From Octopus vulgaris (lineage: Eukaryota), in assembly GCA_951406725.2 (NCBI GenBank), contig OX597818.1:63736001-63800000 (forward strand): 64,000 bases of DNA. Reading direction: 5' to 3'. The first letter of the stretch is position 1. Every line of letters begins with the position of its first letter. The notes beneath the pieces are model-generated. The model made no database searches. It was given only the letters and a program-made list of their open reading frames with translations, and had not been told where the DNA came from. Shown here one piece after another: positions 1 through 13,567 of the stretch. Position numbers and translations under genes: made by a program.

Positions 1-446
1 TGCCAAACATTGTTTTATAAAACGCCCAGTGTACCAGCACACATCAGTCACTGCCCACATGGCATAACAAACTAAGAATGGAATGCGATAAAAAGCGAAA
101 CAAGGCGAGGAGGACAATATATCAAAAGTGGAAGGTTGAAGCATCTGAAAACGAAAAGTAATCAGAAAGATGTACAAGGGAAATAAAATTCATTATCCGT
201 AGACCATAAATCATAATGCTGAAAAGGTTCTGGCTAAAAGCCCAGAGTTATTCAATCCGGTGGGTGAGTTACTTCTCAGTTCTTGAACAGAAATTTCACA
301 TATGCGTACAATCGCTGAAAATTTCGGATACAGTGTTCAACATTAAGTTATAGTTGCTAGATCTGAAAATGTCTGGCATTTTCTTAGCATTTTCTTAGCA
401 AATGCAACTAATAGTAATACATAAAAGCATATATGTCTTCACTAAA

Positions 447-490
<44 letters not shown>

Positions 491-492
<2 letters not shown>

Positions 493-1020
493 TCTTTAAT
501 CTTACCTTCAGGGATTTTATTCTTTATTTTTGTTTTTACTAATCTTCTTTCTTCTTTCTCTTTAATTCTTTCCTTCTCTCCTCTTTTTATCTCTCTCTTT
601 TTTTCTTTTAAACACAAACCTCGAATCTGCTACATTCTATATAAATTCCCTACTGGGAATGACCAACTTTAAGAGAATCTTACGTTGCTTATAAATTTTA
701 CATTTGGATGGACTCATATTAAACTCATATTGGACTTTTGGATTTTACTCAACGGATATTGGAATAATACACATATATACCATTATGCCTATAAAACGGA
801 TTTATGAACTCAATAACCGTACATATCTTACATATGTTTTCTTTCCTCCACCTCACTCTCTATATCACATGGAAACTAACTATGACTTCACTTTTCCTCT
901 CACACCATCTCCGATGAAGGGATATTATTAATTAATATCCTAAAAACAGCTGTAAGACCTTCTATCTATAAATACTCTAATATCTATACAGCCTTGTTTT
1001 GTTTATCTCATTACGCAAAA
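491..1020 (+). mobile_element. Degenerate Penelope-like pseudo-LTR remnant carrying a decayed hammerhead
   Basis: Non-coding block bounded by (TA)n on both sides, containing an HHR-like motif at 908-957. Confidence 0.45.
908..957 (+). ncRNA. Minimal type I hammerhead motif, decayed (CCGAUGA core, G12 lost)
   Basis: tct-CCGATGA-ag-ggatatt(attaatt)aatatcc-taAAA-cagctg-TA|aga; stem I tct/aga, 7-bp stem II, palindromic ACAGCTGT stem III. Confidence 0.55.
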
Positions 1021-1060
1021 AATTCATATATATATACATATATACATATATATATATATG

Positions 1061-2678
1061 TAGGCCCTGATAGATTTCCCGCTAGTCTCCTGAAGGAATG
1101 TAGATATCAACTTGCTGTCCCTCTGACCAACCTCTGGAGAAACTCGTTAGACGCAGGTTATATACCGAAACAGCTTCTATCCCAGTCGGTCATCCCGGTT
1201 TTCAAACAGGGAAACAGATCCCTCGCAGTCAACTATCGCCCAATCTCACTCACCTCCCACATCATTAAAGTGTTTGAAAGAGTGTTAAGATCAAAGATAG
1301 CTGACTTCCTGGAGACCCACAAACTCCTAAATTCAAATCAGCATGGCTTTCGCTGTGGCAGGGACTGTCTAACACAGCTCTTACACCACATTGAAGATGT
1401 ACTCAAAGCCTTGGGAACAGGTTCGAACTCTGACGTCATATATCTTGACTTCAGTAAAGCGTTCGACAGGGTAGACCATAACATCCTACTCTCAAAATTG
1501 GCAAATGTTGGAATCCGTGGAAAAGTTCTACGCTGGATTCAGTATTTCCTGGCGAATAGAACACAACATGTTGTAGTTGATGGAGTCCACTCAAACCCAG
1601 CAAAAGTCACCAGCGGTGTTCCCCAGGGAACTGTTTTGGGTCCGCTACTCTTCATAATTTACGTAAACGACCTTTCCAGTGTCGTACATCACTGCAAAGT
1701 GAAAATATTCGCTGATGACACTAAGCTCCAGCAAATCGTCAATGAAGAAGCAGACCGAACTCAACTCCAGTCTGATCTATATGCTGTGAGTCAATTGGCA
1801 GACAGAAACAAAATGCAACTGAATGAGGGAAAATTTGAGCTGATGCATTTTGGAAGAAATTCCTCACTAAAACAACCATACTCTCTTCCTTCAGGGGAAC
1901 CGCTCACAACCTCTAACAATATCAGAGACCTGGGTGTAATTGTTGATGAAGATCTCAGTTGGAGTGCACACATCAACAAGAAGGTCGATATAGCTCGTAG
2001 GATGAGTTCCTGGATCTTAAGAACTTTCCGGTCCAGAGAACAAGGTGTCATCATACCACTTTTTTCCTCCTTTGTACGGCCACACCTTGAATACTGCTGC
2101 CCACTGTGGTCTCCTCACACAAGACAAAACATCTCCAGAATTGAGTCACCCCAGAGGGCTCTCACTAAACAAATTGAAGGCATGGCTGCTCTCGATTATT
2201 GGGATCGCCTTAAAGCCTTGAAACTTTACTCCCTCCAGCGTCGCCGTGAGCGGTACATCATTTGTACGATGTGGAAAATATACCGCCAACTTTGCCCAAA
2301 CGACCTAAACATTAGCTTCAAGGTTCATCCAAGACTTGGACCACGGGCTATACGTCCCCTGCCAAATTCAAGATCACAACATACATGTACACTGCAACAT
2401 AATTTCTTTTCCCCAACAGGCTCTGCCCTATTTAACATTGTCTCGAGGGAGATCAAAGAGGAAAAGGATCCCATCAACTTCAGACAGAGTCTGGATAGAT
2501 TCCTTCAAAGAATACCAGATAAGTCACCCATAATTGGATACAACTCACCCAACAAGAACTCACTACTTGAACAAAACTTGACTTAAACAGGATTCGAATA
2601 ATCCTATCTGTTGCTGCTATTAAGTTAGACATGGCCTGGACCAATCTCTGGTCGAAACATATCTAAGTTTTATCTAAG

Positions 2679-2682
<4 letters not shown>
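1061..2682 (+). mobile_element. 5'-truncated CR1-clade LINE
   Basis: Open RT frame to 2586, short 3' UTR with hairpin gacca-atctc-tggtc, tail (TATCTAAGTTT)x2; both ends abut (TA)n. Confidence 0.9.
1063..2586 (+). CDS. LINE ORF2 reverse transcriptase and C-terminal domain (partial, no endonuclease)
   Basis: GPD, NYRPISLTS, QHGF, YLDFSKAFD, GVPQGTVLGP, FADD, RPHLEY, LYSLQRRRER. The ORF-track start at 994 is read-through from flanking DNA. Confidence 0.92.
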   Translation, partial: GPDRFPASLLKECRYQLAVPLTNLWRNSLDAGYIPKQLLSQSVIPVFKQGNRSLAVNYRPISLTSHIIKVFERVLRSKIADFLETHKLLNSNQHGFRCGRDCLTQLLHHIEDVLKALGTGSNSDVIYLDFSKAFDRVDHNILLSKLANVGIRGKVLRWIQYFLANRTQHVVVDGVHSNPAKVTSGVPQGTVLGPLLFIIYVNDLSSVVHHCKVKIFADDTKLQQIVNEEADRTQLQSDLYAVSQLADRNKMQLNEGKFELMHFGRNSSLKQPYSLPSGEPLTTSNNIRDLGVIVDEDLSWSAHINKKVDIARRMSSWILRTFRSREQGVIIPLFSSFVRPHLEYCCPLWSPHTRQNISRIESPQRALTKQIEGMAALDYWDRLKALKLYSLQRRRERYIICTMWKIYRQLCPNDLNISFKVHPRLGPRAIRPLPNSRSQHTCTLQHNFFSPTGSALFNIVSREIKEEKDPINFRQSLDRFLQRIPDKSPIIGYNSPNKNSLLEQNLT

Positions 2683-2730
<48 letters not shown>

Positions 2731-2796
2731 TAGATATATAGATATATAGATAGATACATAGATAGATATATAGATATACATATATATGTATATTAT

Positions 2797-2866
<70 letters not shown>

Positions 2867-2914
2867 CTGTATGTATGTATGTATGTATGTATGTGTGTAT
2901 GTAGACACACACAT
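2683..2914. repeat. Compound microsatellite (TA)n/(TAGA)n/(CA)n/(TATG)n
   Basis: Seen directly. Confidence 0.95.
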
Positions 2915-3893
2915 ATAGGTAAATTAACTAGAGTTTGTTCCTGGCAAAGTTATCAAAATATCAAAGTAGAAGACGGGTGCAGTATAATTCCAGAAAGGAA
3001 TTTATGCTGTCATCTCGTCCTTAGATATAGTTCGTTGTAAAGCTAACACCGTCAGTAACTGCATGTAAATAAGATTAGAAAAAGATCAAAAGGAACTGAA
3101 TGAGTTCAAATGGAAATGATAATATTTTTATTGAAGCATAGCCTGCGATGTGACAGTTGAAACCGAACTAAGAATCAATGCTTTACAATCCCTCTTACGA
3201 ACCGATAATCTGTCACAAAAGGTATCGTTTTTATACATACACTTGCATATTGCTTGTGTATGCATGCTTTTAGTACGTAGGTTGCTTCGTTGAGCCAGGA
3301 TTAACATTAATACATAGAACCCCAACCGAACCAAATATTTGATTACACTGTGTAATATGAAACCCAAGTCTGTTGCTTCTCCATTCCACAAATTTTAATC
3401 ATTTCCATTATTTTACTTTAGAATGATATGATATCTGCCTCCTCAATACTTCTTAATAGCAAACTGTAATTGTCACGTATGAAATAAATTTTACATTTTA
3501 TCGAATTTTCTTTACTTCTTTTAGGGAATATATCATATTTTAAGTTGCGTTTCTTCCTTTGTCTTCTTCGTTTATTCGATATTATTTGTTAATATTAACG
3601 CAATGAAAACATATTCGGATTGACAATATGTTTTACTGTTTTTGCCATGTTGATATTATTTTGAAAAATATTTCCCGAAACAATATCAGTTTAAATAATG
3701 TCAAAAGAAACATCTTATGCATGCAACATATGGGAACTAACTACAAATGCACCATCGACCCAATGGCGAAACATTATGCAAAGTGGTATAATGTCGTTTA
3801 GCCATCTTGCAAATGTAAACAAGAGTTATCTCAAATAACAGACTATTGTCGTAAATGAAAATGACATTTGAAAATCGGATCCGAAATATGATG

Positions 3894-3947
<54 letters not shown>

Positions 3948-4589
3948 TTATATGCCTGTGTTTATGCATGCGCCTCTGTGCTTCTGTTTGGTTTTCCATT
4001 TGTGTAAGTGCGTTGTGTAAACGGAGCTGTGGTTCAGTTCTGTTTGTATCACAGGTACATTTGATTAGAACTGACACGGAGATAACAAACAGCAACAACT
4101 GGAACGTGATCATATTCTTCTACATATATGTTTGTATTGCTGTGTTCAAAACCTCTTATAGCTACAGGCAATAATATCGAGAGAAAAAAACAAGCGATTT
4201 TTATTTTTGACATTTTTTCTGGAAGTTAATCATGCTCATATGCTTTTCTCTGCTATCAACAAGAAACTCATCAATGATGTATAATATTTGAATATAAGCC
4301 TTCAAGTTTCCTTGTCTCCTAAATAAAGAAATATCTCTGCTAGAACGAGTAAACGCAATCCTTCTGTTAATAAAGACTAAGAACAGCAAGCAATAAGAAA
4401 AGAAATGTGATAACTACATATAACTGAACACTCTTCTCAACGACATTGGCGTAAAATGATTCTGATATTATTATGATGGATATATTTCGTGCATCGTGTA
4501 TTATTCCTTAATGATATGAAATATTTTTTTATATCCATTTTTATATTCGTATAAGCAATCTTTTTGCTTCACATGATTTCAGTCACGTT

Positions 4590-4765
4590 ATTCTTTTACG
4601 TTTACTCGTTTCAGTCATTAGACTGCAGTCATGCCGCGGTAGATCCTTGAAACATTTGTAGTCGAATGAATCGACGGCATTATTAACATCTTAAGCCTGC
4701 TATTTACGGGGGCGTAAACACAGCAGCGACGGTTGTCAATCGGTGGTGGGGAACAAGAAGAAACA
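4590..4765 (-). mobile_element. Degenerate family A SINE, 3' part
   Basis: tttactcgtttcagtcattagactgcagtcatgc matches the reverse complement of the 63259 copy's tail. Confidence 0.65.
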
Positions 4766-4799
4766 CAAGGACACACACACACACATTATATATATATGT

Positions 4800-5243
4800 A
4801 TATTAATTACAATCATAATGTTTCAGTGAATATCTTCGTAAGAACCTGGTTATTAACATCTCGAATTTTACAATTAAAATATCAAATTCCAAAGAATTGT
4901 CAAATACATTTTACTAAAAGGATATTTGAACCATGATTTGAATTTCAGAGAAGAAATATATCGTGTGTTCGAAAATTTTAAATCGAGGATCAATTAAATA
5001 TTGAGGCTAAGCCTTTTCAGTTTTTTGTTGTTTTTTTTTTAGTATAGACGTTTCAAATTACCACGAGTCGAAATATATTTATAATGACAATTTATATCTA
5101 CTGTATGTCGTCAAACTCACTGAAACCAAAAACCATTATAAAGGAGGAATAGTCAATATAATACAATGAGAATTTAATAGCAATGTAATTGTCACTGAAA
5201 TCGCCTCCAAATCCTTTTCAGTCTACCGTATTGCTGTCGGTAA
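4800..5243. repeat. Old inverted duplication, arm 1 (arm 2 at 7797-8232)
   Basis: Collinear reverse-complement matches, e.g. aatcataatgtttcagtg/cactgaaacattatgatt and attgaggctaa/ttagcctcaat. Confidence 0.85.
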
Positions 5244-5359
5244 GTGATACGCCGTATCTTACCAAAGCCGATGACGTTGTCAATAATCATTCACAGACTA
5301 TGTAGAATTGGCATCACATTGGTAACAGATTTTGCAGCTGTTTAAAAGAAACTACATGC

Positions 5360-5510
5360 GTATACGATGGGCTTGTTACAGTCGCTAACTATCAAATCCA
5401 CTCACACGAGTTTAGTCTATCGGCGGCTATATAGTAGAAGACAATTGCCCAACTTGCTAGGCAATGTTACGGAGGCCGGAACCATAGGGTTGGAAAGCAA
5501 GATCCTTACA
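5360..5510 (-). mobile_element. Degenerate family A SINE, 5' part
   Basis: tcaaatccactcaca...ctatatagtagaagacaattgcccaa...ccggaaccata. Confidence 0.6.
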
Positions 5511-5624
5511 TTATTAGAAGTTAGTGTGTAATATATGCTAAAACATAAAATTAATTCGTTGACGGATAATAATAATAAAATTCACGTCATATACAAATGA
5601 ATTGCTATATTACTACATTCTAAT

Positions 5625-5770
5625 GCGGTGACCTGGCACAATAGCTAGCACGCCAGACAGAATGCTTAGCGGCATTTTGTCGACGACAATAAGTATCAGT
5701 TGTGTATGGGGGTCGATGCAATCGATTTACACACCTCGCTCAAATTGCTGGCATTGTGCTAAAATTGGAA
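5625..5770 (+). mobile_element. Degenerate family B SINE
   Basis: gcggtgacctggcacaatagctagcacgcc...gaatgcttagcggcattt...ggggtcgatgcaatcga. Confidence 0.6.
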
Positions 5771-6089
5771 ATCTATATGGATACGTTCTCTAGTAACGTT
5801 AGATTACGATGACTGTGATAGAAGTAGGTCCTGTGTGTATAATAACGAAAAAGCAGAACTTTGAATAGGTGATGTGCTGCGATATATAAGTAGACGAAGT
5901 GCTAAAGAATGAACAGACATTATTATGAGCAGATGATAGCAAAGAAATAGATAGGCAATGTTTGCAGCAAAAGGTCAAAAGACTAAAATAAACCTTATAC
6001 ATGAGAGGATTAGTCTGATACGACGATCACGAGGTAGAAAATAGACTATACATGTTATTAGTATCGAGAGATGCAGAGACGTAGGTGAA

Positions 6090-6415
6090 AACATTGTGCA
6101 TTTTAGGGTTATATGTATATCTGTGTACATATGTTTATGTGTGTGTGCATGTATTTCTACGCATGCATATATATATATATATATATAATCTCCAAAACGA
6201 AGGAAACTACACAAGAAAAAACAGCAACGCGAGGATGTGGTACATGCAAAGCACACACATACACTTGTGCACGTACATGCATATAGGGCTGTATATAAAG
6301 TTGCATACGAAATTGTAACTAGCTTCATAGTCAACGTATTGGGGAATGCGACTGTTTTATAAACTGAACATTGAATAACAATAATGTGGCATTAATATTG
6401 ATAATCACAACAATG
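6090..6415. repeat. Direct duplication, copy 1 (copy 2 at 7355-7726)
   Basis: Shared gtggtacatgcaaag, caacgtattg, ataacaataa, taatcacaacaat in the same order. Confidence 0.85.
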
Positions 6416-6432
6416 CGATATGTCAAAACGCA

Positions 6433-6433
6433 A

Positions 6434-6490
<57 letters not shown>

Positions 6491-6503
6491 ACATAGTAGT
6501 AGT
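6433..6503. repeat. (AGT)n microsatellite
   Basis: Seen directly. Confidence 0.95.
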
Positions 6504-6618
6504 AATTTCTTTATTCAAAGACACATAAAATGGCATTGTTATATGGAACAGGAAAATGGAGAATAATGTCGCTCATGACTTTTACACAATCGTTAATAGC
6601 TCAATAATAGTATTAGCT

Positions 6619-6672
<54 letters not shown>

Positions 6673-7121
6673 TATAAAACTAGGTCAGCGCATTGACTTA
6701 ATAATAATTTATGTCTTTCATTTTGACTGTCAACAAATCCACCTTCACTTGAAGATTTTGCTAAAGATGCATTCTAGATATCAGATTCTTACTGGACCCA
6801 TTTATATAGCAAAGTGTATGCGTATTGTTGTAGATTGAATAAGATATAATAATCTCTTTTCTTTATAATTTTATAGTTAACGGTAGAAGTTTTTACACAA
6901 TAGGTAATACGCTACAAGATTTTTGCTTCGACTCCCTGCCGTTTAGGCTGATGTCTCACCGATGTTATGTTTGAATTTCTTTCTTCCGGTGTCGATGAAA
7001 AAATCTACAACTGAAGTGCTTTAATTTCAATATTTGAGAGTTGGAGGAGATATCGTATATCTTTGCTGAATTTGAGAATCTTGTATAAGTTTCATTATTT
7101 CGTTCCTGTTAATATTACAAA

Positions 7122-7172
<51 letters not shown>

Positions 7173-7354
7173 GTATGTATAAAATAGTTCCACTTAGGCT
7201 AAAGTTCACATGTTTATTGATTAGAAACCCCGTATATAATATTCCTGCTTTGACTTTGGAAGAGTGATGCTTAGAAACTTGTCTGTACTAAAGTTACCAG
7301 AAGTTAGTTTTTATTGCCCCCGTATTAGAATGACACATACCAAATGGAAATGCA

Positions 7355-7459
7355 TTGTGAATTTATGGTTATATTTATAACTGTGTGCATATGTATATGG
7401 GTGTATGTATGTATTTATATGTATGTGTGTATATCTATCTGTCTCTTTCTCTCTCTCTC

Positions 7460-7504
<45 letters not shown>

Positions 7505-7726
7505 CGAAGAAAAATACAAAAGAAAAACATCAACGCTAGGACGTGGTACATGCAAAGAATACACACACACACACCATTATGCCCGTACATGTATATAGGT
7601 CCGTATATAATCCTTAATACGAAATCGAAGCTAGATTTTTATTCAACGTATTGAAGAATAAGACTGTTTCATAAAGTGATCATTAAATAACAATAAAGAG
7701 AGATTAATATTAATAATCACAACAAT
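7355..7726. repeat. Direct duplication, copy 2
   Basis: Matches 6090-6415. Confidence 0.85.
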
Positions 7727-7796
7727 ATTTAAGAAGGTAAATCTAACGGAATATATCCTGTCCGCTGAAATTAAATTTGCAAATGTTTAAGAAAAA

Positions 7797-8232
7797 ACTC
7801 ACCGACTGCAATACGGTTGACTGAACATGACTTGGAGGCGTTTTAAATCAAAATTACATTGATATTATACTGAACCCTCTTTCATAATGGTGTTTGGTTT
7901 CGGTGGGTTTGGCGACATACAGTAAATATAAACTCTCATTGTTGATATTTTGAGTCGTGATAAGTTGAAACGTCTCAACTACAAAAACTGAAAAAGTTTA
8001 GCCTCAATAGTTAATTAATCCTCGATTCTATGATTTCGAACACCCGATATATTTCTTCTCTCAGATTCAGATCATGCTACAAAAATCCTTTTAGTAAAAT
8101 ATATTTTCCAATGAAAGTAGAAATCAGTCTTTGGAATTTGATATTTTAATTGCAAATTTTGAAAAGTTATTAACTTTTCAAACCATGTTCTTACAAAGAT
8201 ATACACTGAAACATTATGATTGCAATTAATAA
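7797..8232. repeat. Old inverted duplication, arm 2
   Basis: Reverse complement of 4800-5243. Confidence 0.85.
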
Positions 8233-11200
8233 TCAAAAACATATTTTACAAAAAAAAATGTTAACAGTAAAAAATGAAACACTTGCAATAATAGTTATAA
8301 CATGTTCATATACTATTATTTTTTAAAACTATTATTGCATTTCTTATCTACATTTTATTCCCTTCTAAAAGTTGACAGTAATTTTTGGAAATGGTGTTAA
8401 TTTGATGTAGTGGAAAATCAGAAAATAATTTGTTCATCACTGCATCATTTGCACTTCTTAATATATGTATGTCTGTTCTCTGTGTGTTTGTATCTTAATC
8501 TGCATATGGGAACTAATGAAATTTAACTTAAGGTAGCGTGATTGAAAATTTTCCCACGGATTACGATAAGTGTAACATTGTAAAATATTTTATTCCAGCA
8601 AGTAAATCTGACATGTTATTTAAGATAGATAACTGGAAGTTTGGAAACACATTACTGTTTGGAAATGTAAATTGAGATGCTGAGGGAAAATGGAAATACA
8701 TGACGATGTTTTCAAACTATGTTTTTTGCATACTAATTTTAAATGATCTTAACGATGAAGCTGCTTAGGATACCATAAATATTCTAATTATGTGAATACT
8801 CATATTTCTCTGCAAATTACACTAGAATGGTAAAAGATAGAATCATGTAATATTGATTACATATTAGAAGGATTTTATTAATGTGTGCACACAAAATTAT
8901 ATTTACAAGCTGTATCCAACAAATATCTATCTCGAAGACTTATCCAAAATATATATATAGATATATTTAGAGGCCCTATCTAACCAAAGCATACTATGTT
9001 GTCAGTAATCATTCGCAGACAATGTAGAATTGGCATCATCCTCATATAGCAGATTATGCAACTATTTAAATGAACATACGTTACACGTGTTATTGGTGAT
9101 GCGGTATAATATAATGCACAAAAGTGTGGAACGGTATATTCACACAAAATCTGTGATTTATTAGATATTTGAATATTTGAAAATGATACAATGCAGTATG
9201 GCGTAAAGAAGATTACATCTCATTTGATATAAACAATATAATTTGGAACTGGATCCATCTAAGCGACAAATACTCAAGTTGTCATCGATGTGTAATGTAC
9301 TCCCCAAACTGCCATCACGAAGGAGTAGATATCAATACTAATACGACTGGACTCTCTTCTAGAATAGAAATGTATTCTAATGTACATATACTTCGGAATA
9401 TTTAAGTGGGATAACTTCAACGAGCGCGCACGGCTTTCAGGAATTGCTAATTGATATCACTGGAGATGCTCAATGATAAATCGTTACTTGTTTCGTAAAA
9501 GATGTGTAACAGAATCACAACAAAAACAAAAAAGAAAATTCAATCTAATATTTATAAAATATAGAATAACATTCGCTGTGTAGTTTATACTATCGCTGGT
9601 TAATAATTGCCAAAATTGCCTACAGTTTAGAAATTTTCGATTAATTTAATGTCTAATAATCTGATTGTCATATAACTGTGCGAGAGATTGCAGAGAGGTT
9701 GGATGTATTATACACAGCAATTGCAAATCAGTTACTGTATATTGGACTCGTTAAGAAGGTCGATATTTAGTGCAAAAACACTCTTCTATTTGTTGCGATA
9801 TTGCATGTTTGAACGTTAACAAGTATACTTCAGCTGCAAAGAAACGAGTAAGCTTCTGCTGCTTAACGGCTGTTATCTGAAAAATGTGTGAGGTAATATG
9901 TTAGTGCAATGTTTAAAACTTATTCAGAGCATTACAAATTGTAGATAAGTCCTTAACAATGCTATTTCATGTGCATTTTGAAATTCAATGTATATTTTGC
10001 CATCTCATTAGATTTTATTGTTATTAATCAGTTTACATATGGTTTTTTATCGTCAACTTTCTATAAGAAGAATGTTTTTAAGTCGGTTTAGACATCTTGT
10101 GTCAAAAAAAGGAATAAAAGAGAATTCAATAACGAAATATAATAATCTTCGAGTTTCTAAATATATTAGTAAATCTTACACACAGCATTAATATTGGAGC
10201 CTACCAAGTTTTATGTCTGCCTCGTTATAGTCAAGAACACCATTAATTTAATAGCAACGCTATTTACAATCAAATATTATTAGCCCTCATACGAGGATCA
10301 ATGGCGACTGCATTCTATATACAAACTTCAACTGCCTTTGCTAATAGAGTGATAAAAAAAGCAATTGTGATTTGTTTTACACTGTTTTCTAAACTAACAA
10401 TTAATATGATGAAAAATCAAGTAAAAAATATGAATAGATCTGAAAAGAATATCAGAGTCAACAAGTGAATTACTACTGAAATGTTAGTATCGCAAAAATT
10501 GCAGCAGATTAAAATGATTATAATATGAATAAGAAAACAATTGCCGAGAACAAATAAAACTAAAATATTTTCTAGCAAAAAAGAAATTAATCATTATTTT
10601 CGTTGTAACAAATACGAGAGAAGAAAGAACGCAGGAGTTTGCGAAGATTGCGAAAACCATGATTCATATGTATATTATGTAATTACAAAAGATTGAATTT
10701 ATCATTGCCATATGGCGATTTAGTCTTACACAAATACTATGATTCTCAGTAAAGCAACACAAGTATAATGATGCAAATAAGGCTTCGTACAATTGATTTA
10801 ATACGTTTAAAATGAATAACATGAGGCATATACTTTCTTTACATGGTAGGCACAATGTTATGATAAATTAAATCGTGACATCCTCACAGGTTTGTTTCGT
10901 TGACGTTGTTCTTTACATCATACATCAAATTAATGTTCACCCAAACCGTAAGAATACCATAATTTACTAATGCATCTCAAGCCACACAAAATATATTGCA
11001 TTTATTTCTGGCCACATATACACGACAAGTTCAATGTCCGCTGTTTAAAATGTATGTTGTAATTGTATACTATAGTTAGATATACACTTAGTCGTGTGTA
11101 CAAAAAAAATTGATTTCTTCCATATTATATCCTCTGCTATTTCTAAACATCACCCATCATAAAATTAAGTGGTATCTAATATTTCACTGAACTTATAACG

Positions 11201-11667
11201 AGAGCATCTACTTCAGTAAATTTTCCTATACAGTCACAACTACATAGTTCCGGGTTCAATCCCGCTGCGTCGCAACGTGGGCGAGTGTCTTCTACTATAC
11301 TCTTAGGTATTTCAAGGCCGTGTGACTTCAGTAGAAAAGAATATTAAAAGATTTTTTAAAATTGTAAATAATAAAACGTGCAAATCCGACCAATTTGGAA
11401 TTGCATACACACGGAAAAATGGCAAAAGGACATCGAAAAAAAAACGGAAACTTGATCAAAATTCATTCTTTGTAAGAAAAAAAATGACATTTCACACTAA
11501 TAAAACCGAAATTACTTTCCTGCCAAGCCAATATATGTGATTAATGCGAGAGACGGAAAGTGGAATATAAGAGAATAGTATATACAGGAACTACATGTAT
11601 TCATAAAATAAAAGAATATGTACCAGCACACACACAATCACATACAAGTTTCTTGCCATATACATAG

Positions 11668-11691
11668 ATATATATATATATATATATATAT

Positions 11692-11733
<42 letters not shown>

Positions 11734-11734
11734 C

Positions 11735-11814
<80 letters not shown>
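11668..11814. repeat. (TA)n followed by (GATA)n
   Basis: Seen directly. Confidence 0.95.
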
Positions 11815-11815
<1 letters not shown>

Positions 11816-12174
11816 TACAAATGGATTCAAGATGGTGAAAAATCCAGCGTCTTCAAAACAAAGCCAGAAATCGTTTCTCAGTTTATACACTTTAATTATG
11901 TCTTTCAACCGACAGACCACTGAAGCAGTGGGAAGATGAACGTTTGAAACTCTATGCTAACCCAGAGCCTTGTCTTTCAAATGCTTCAATTTGCCAATGT
12001 CAAAGAGATAATCCAGAGCTCTGGAAAGAACAGTGTTAGTTTGAATGCAAACTTAATGCTTGCATGGCAAAATAATGAACGTTTGATGTTGGTGGTTGCG
12101 TTTTGCACAAAAGAACATTTCAAAATCTCAGATTGAACATTTCTTAGAAATGGACAATAAGAATTCATACCTGC

Positions 12175-12519
12175 ATATATACATGCACACATACACACAT
12201 ACATACATACATACATACATACATACATACATACATACATACATACATACATGCAGATGCATATATACACATATATAAATATATATACATACATATATAC
12301 ATGTATATATATATATACGAGGGTGTGTATTTATACTCATATATACACATATATATAAAAATGAAGAAATGAGTAATATAGGTATCCACTTTATATGTAT
12401 ATATATATATACATATATACATATATATGTATATATGTATATATATATATACACATATATACATATATATGTGTATATATAAATGTATGTATAATTATAT
12501 ATATGTATGTATATATATA

Positions 12520-12578
<59 letters not shown>

Positions 12579-12579
12579 G

Positions 12580-12637
<58 letters not shown>

Positions 12638-12640
12638 TAT
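12175..12640. repeat. (TACA)n/(TA)n low-complexity tract
   Basis: Seen directly. Confidence 0.9.
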
Positions 12641-12899
12641 ATATTTCTCTTTTTGAACACTGTTTGAGAAGATTACTTGGAAGCAAACATCAACGGTAGA
12701 ATCGATTTACCAAAGCGCATTTTCAAAGGAATAAAGGGAAATATACCTTACGTTTCTTGGTTGTTGTTAAAGAATGATTACTTAGCTTACTTCAGAGCTG
12801 GAAGATGCATTTCAGGATATAGAATATAAGAATACATACATTGTTATCATTTTGATTATTCTCTGAATATATCCGAAATGACGTTTTTAGTAAGTATGC

Positions 12900-13096
12900 A
12901 TTCTGGTGTATACTTCCGTGTACCTTACTTAATATTCAGTACAGCGGTGTCAATAAGTATGTGATGGAACAATATCAGTGCAAGTTGTCTGTGGGATGCC
13001 CCATATACGACTATAAAAGGTTTCACCAGGTGGTGCTATTAAGTTAGATATGGTCTGGGCCTATACGGGCCGAAACCTATCAAAGTTATCAAAGTT
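12900..13096 (+). mobile_element. Degenerate CR1-clade LINE 3' end
   Basis: gctattaagttagatatggtctgggcctatacgggccgaaacc plus (TATCAAAGT)x2 aligns with 2615-2682; the 5' boundary is approximate. Confidence 0.7.
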
Positions 13097-13166
13097 AATT
13101 GCAAAGAACTAAATTGTAGCTGTCTCTCTATACATGTATCTATACATTATATACGTGTATATATAA

Positions 13167-13216
<50 letters not shown>

Positions 13217-13262
13217 TTCTGCCTGTCTCCTTCTCTCACTCCCTCTGTATGTATATATATAT

Positions 13263-13567
13263 ATCACATGATCACATGACCGACCAGACACTCAGATGTT
13301 GTTACACATCGCTGGTCACAATGTGTTCGCATTGTTTTAGCCTTTGAATGACGCCACCCCGCTGGCTAAGCGAGCAGGCCAATAGAAGAAAGAGTAGGAG
13401 AAAGAGTGGTGAAAGAGTACAGCAGGGATCACCATCCCCTGCCGGAGCGTCGTGGAGCTTTTAGGTGTTTTCGCTCAATAAACACTCACAACGCCCGGTC
13501 TGGGAATCGAAACCGTGATCCTACGACCGCGAGTCCGCTGCCCTAACCACTTGGCCATTGCGCCTCC
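13263..13567 (-). mobile_element. tRNA-derived SINE, family C head (Arg-TCG-like)
   Basis: Reverse complement begins ggaggcgcaatggccaagtggttagggcagcggactcgcggtcgtagg...ggtttcgattccc (A and B boxes). Confidence 0.88.

Noticed and set aside
2630-2660. CTG-hairpin-GAAAC resembling a hammerhead
   Set aside because: Lacks the ANGA core and stem I; better explained as the LINE 3' stem-loop.
3944-4113. Signal-peptide-like ORF MITFQLLLFVISVSVLIKCTC
   Set aside because: Runs into (TA)n with no strong donor or homology; may be chance.
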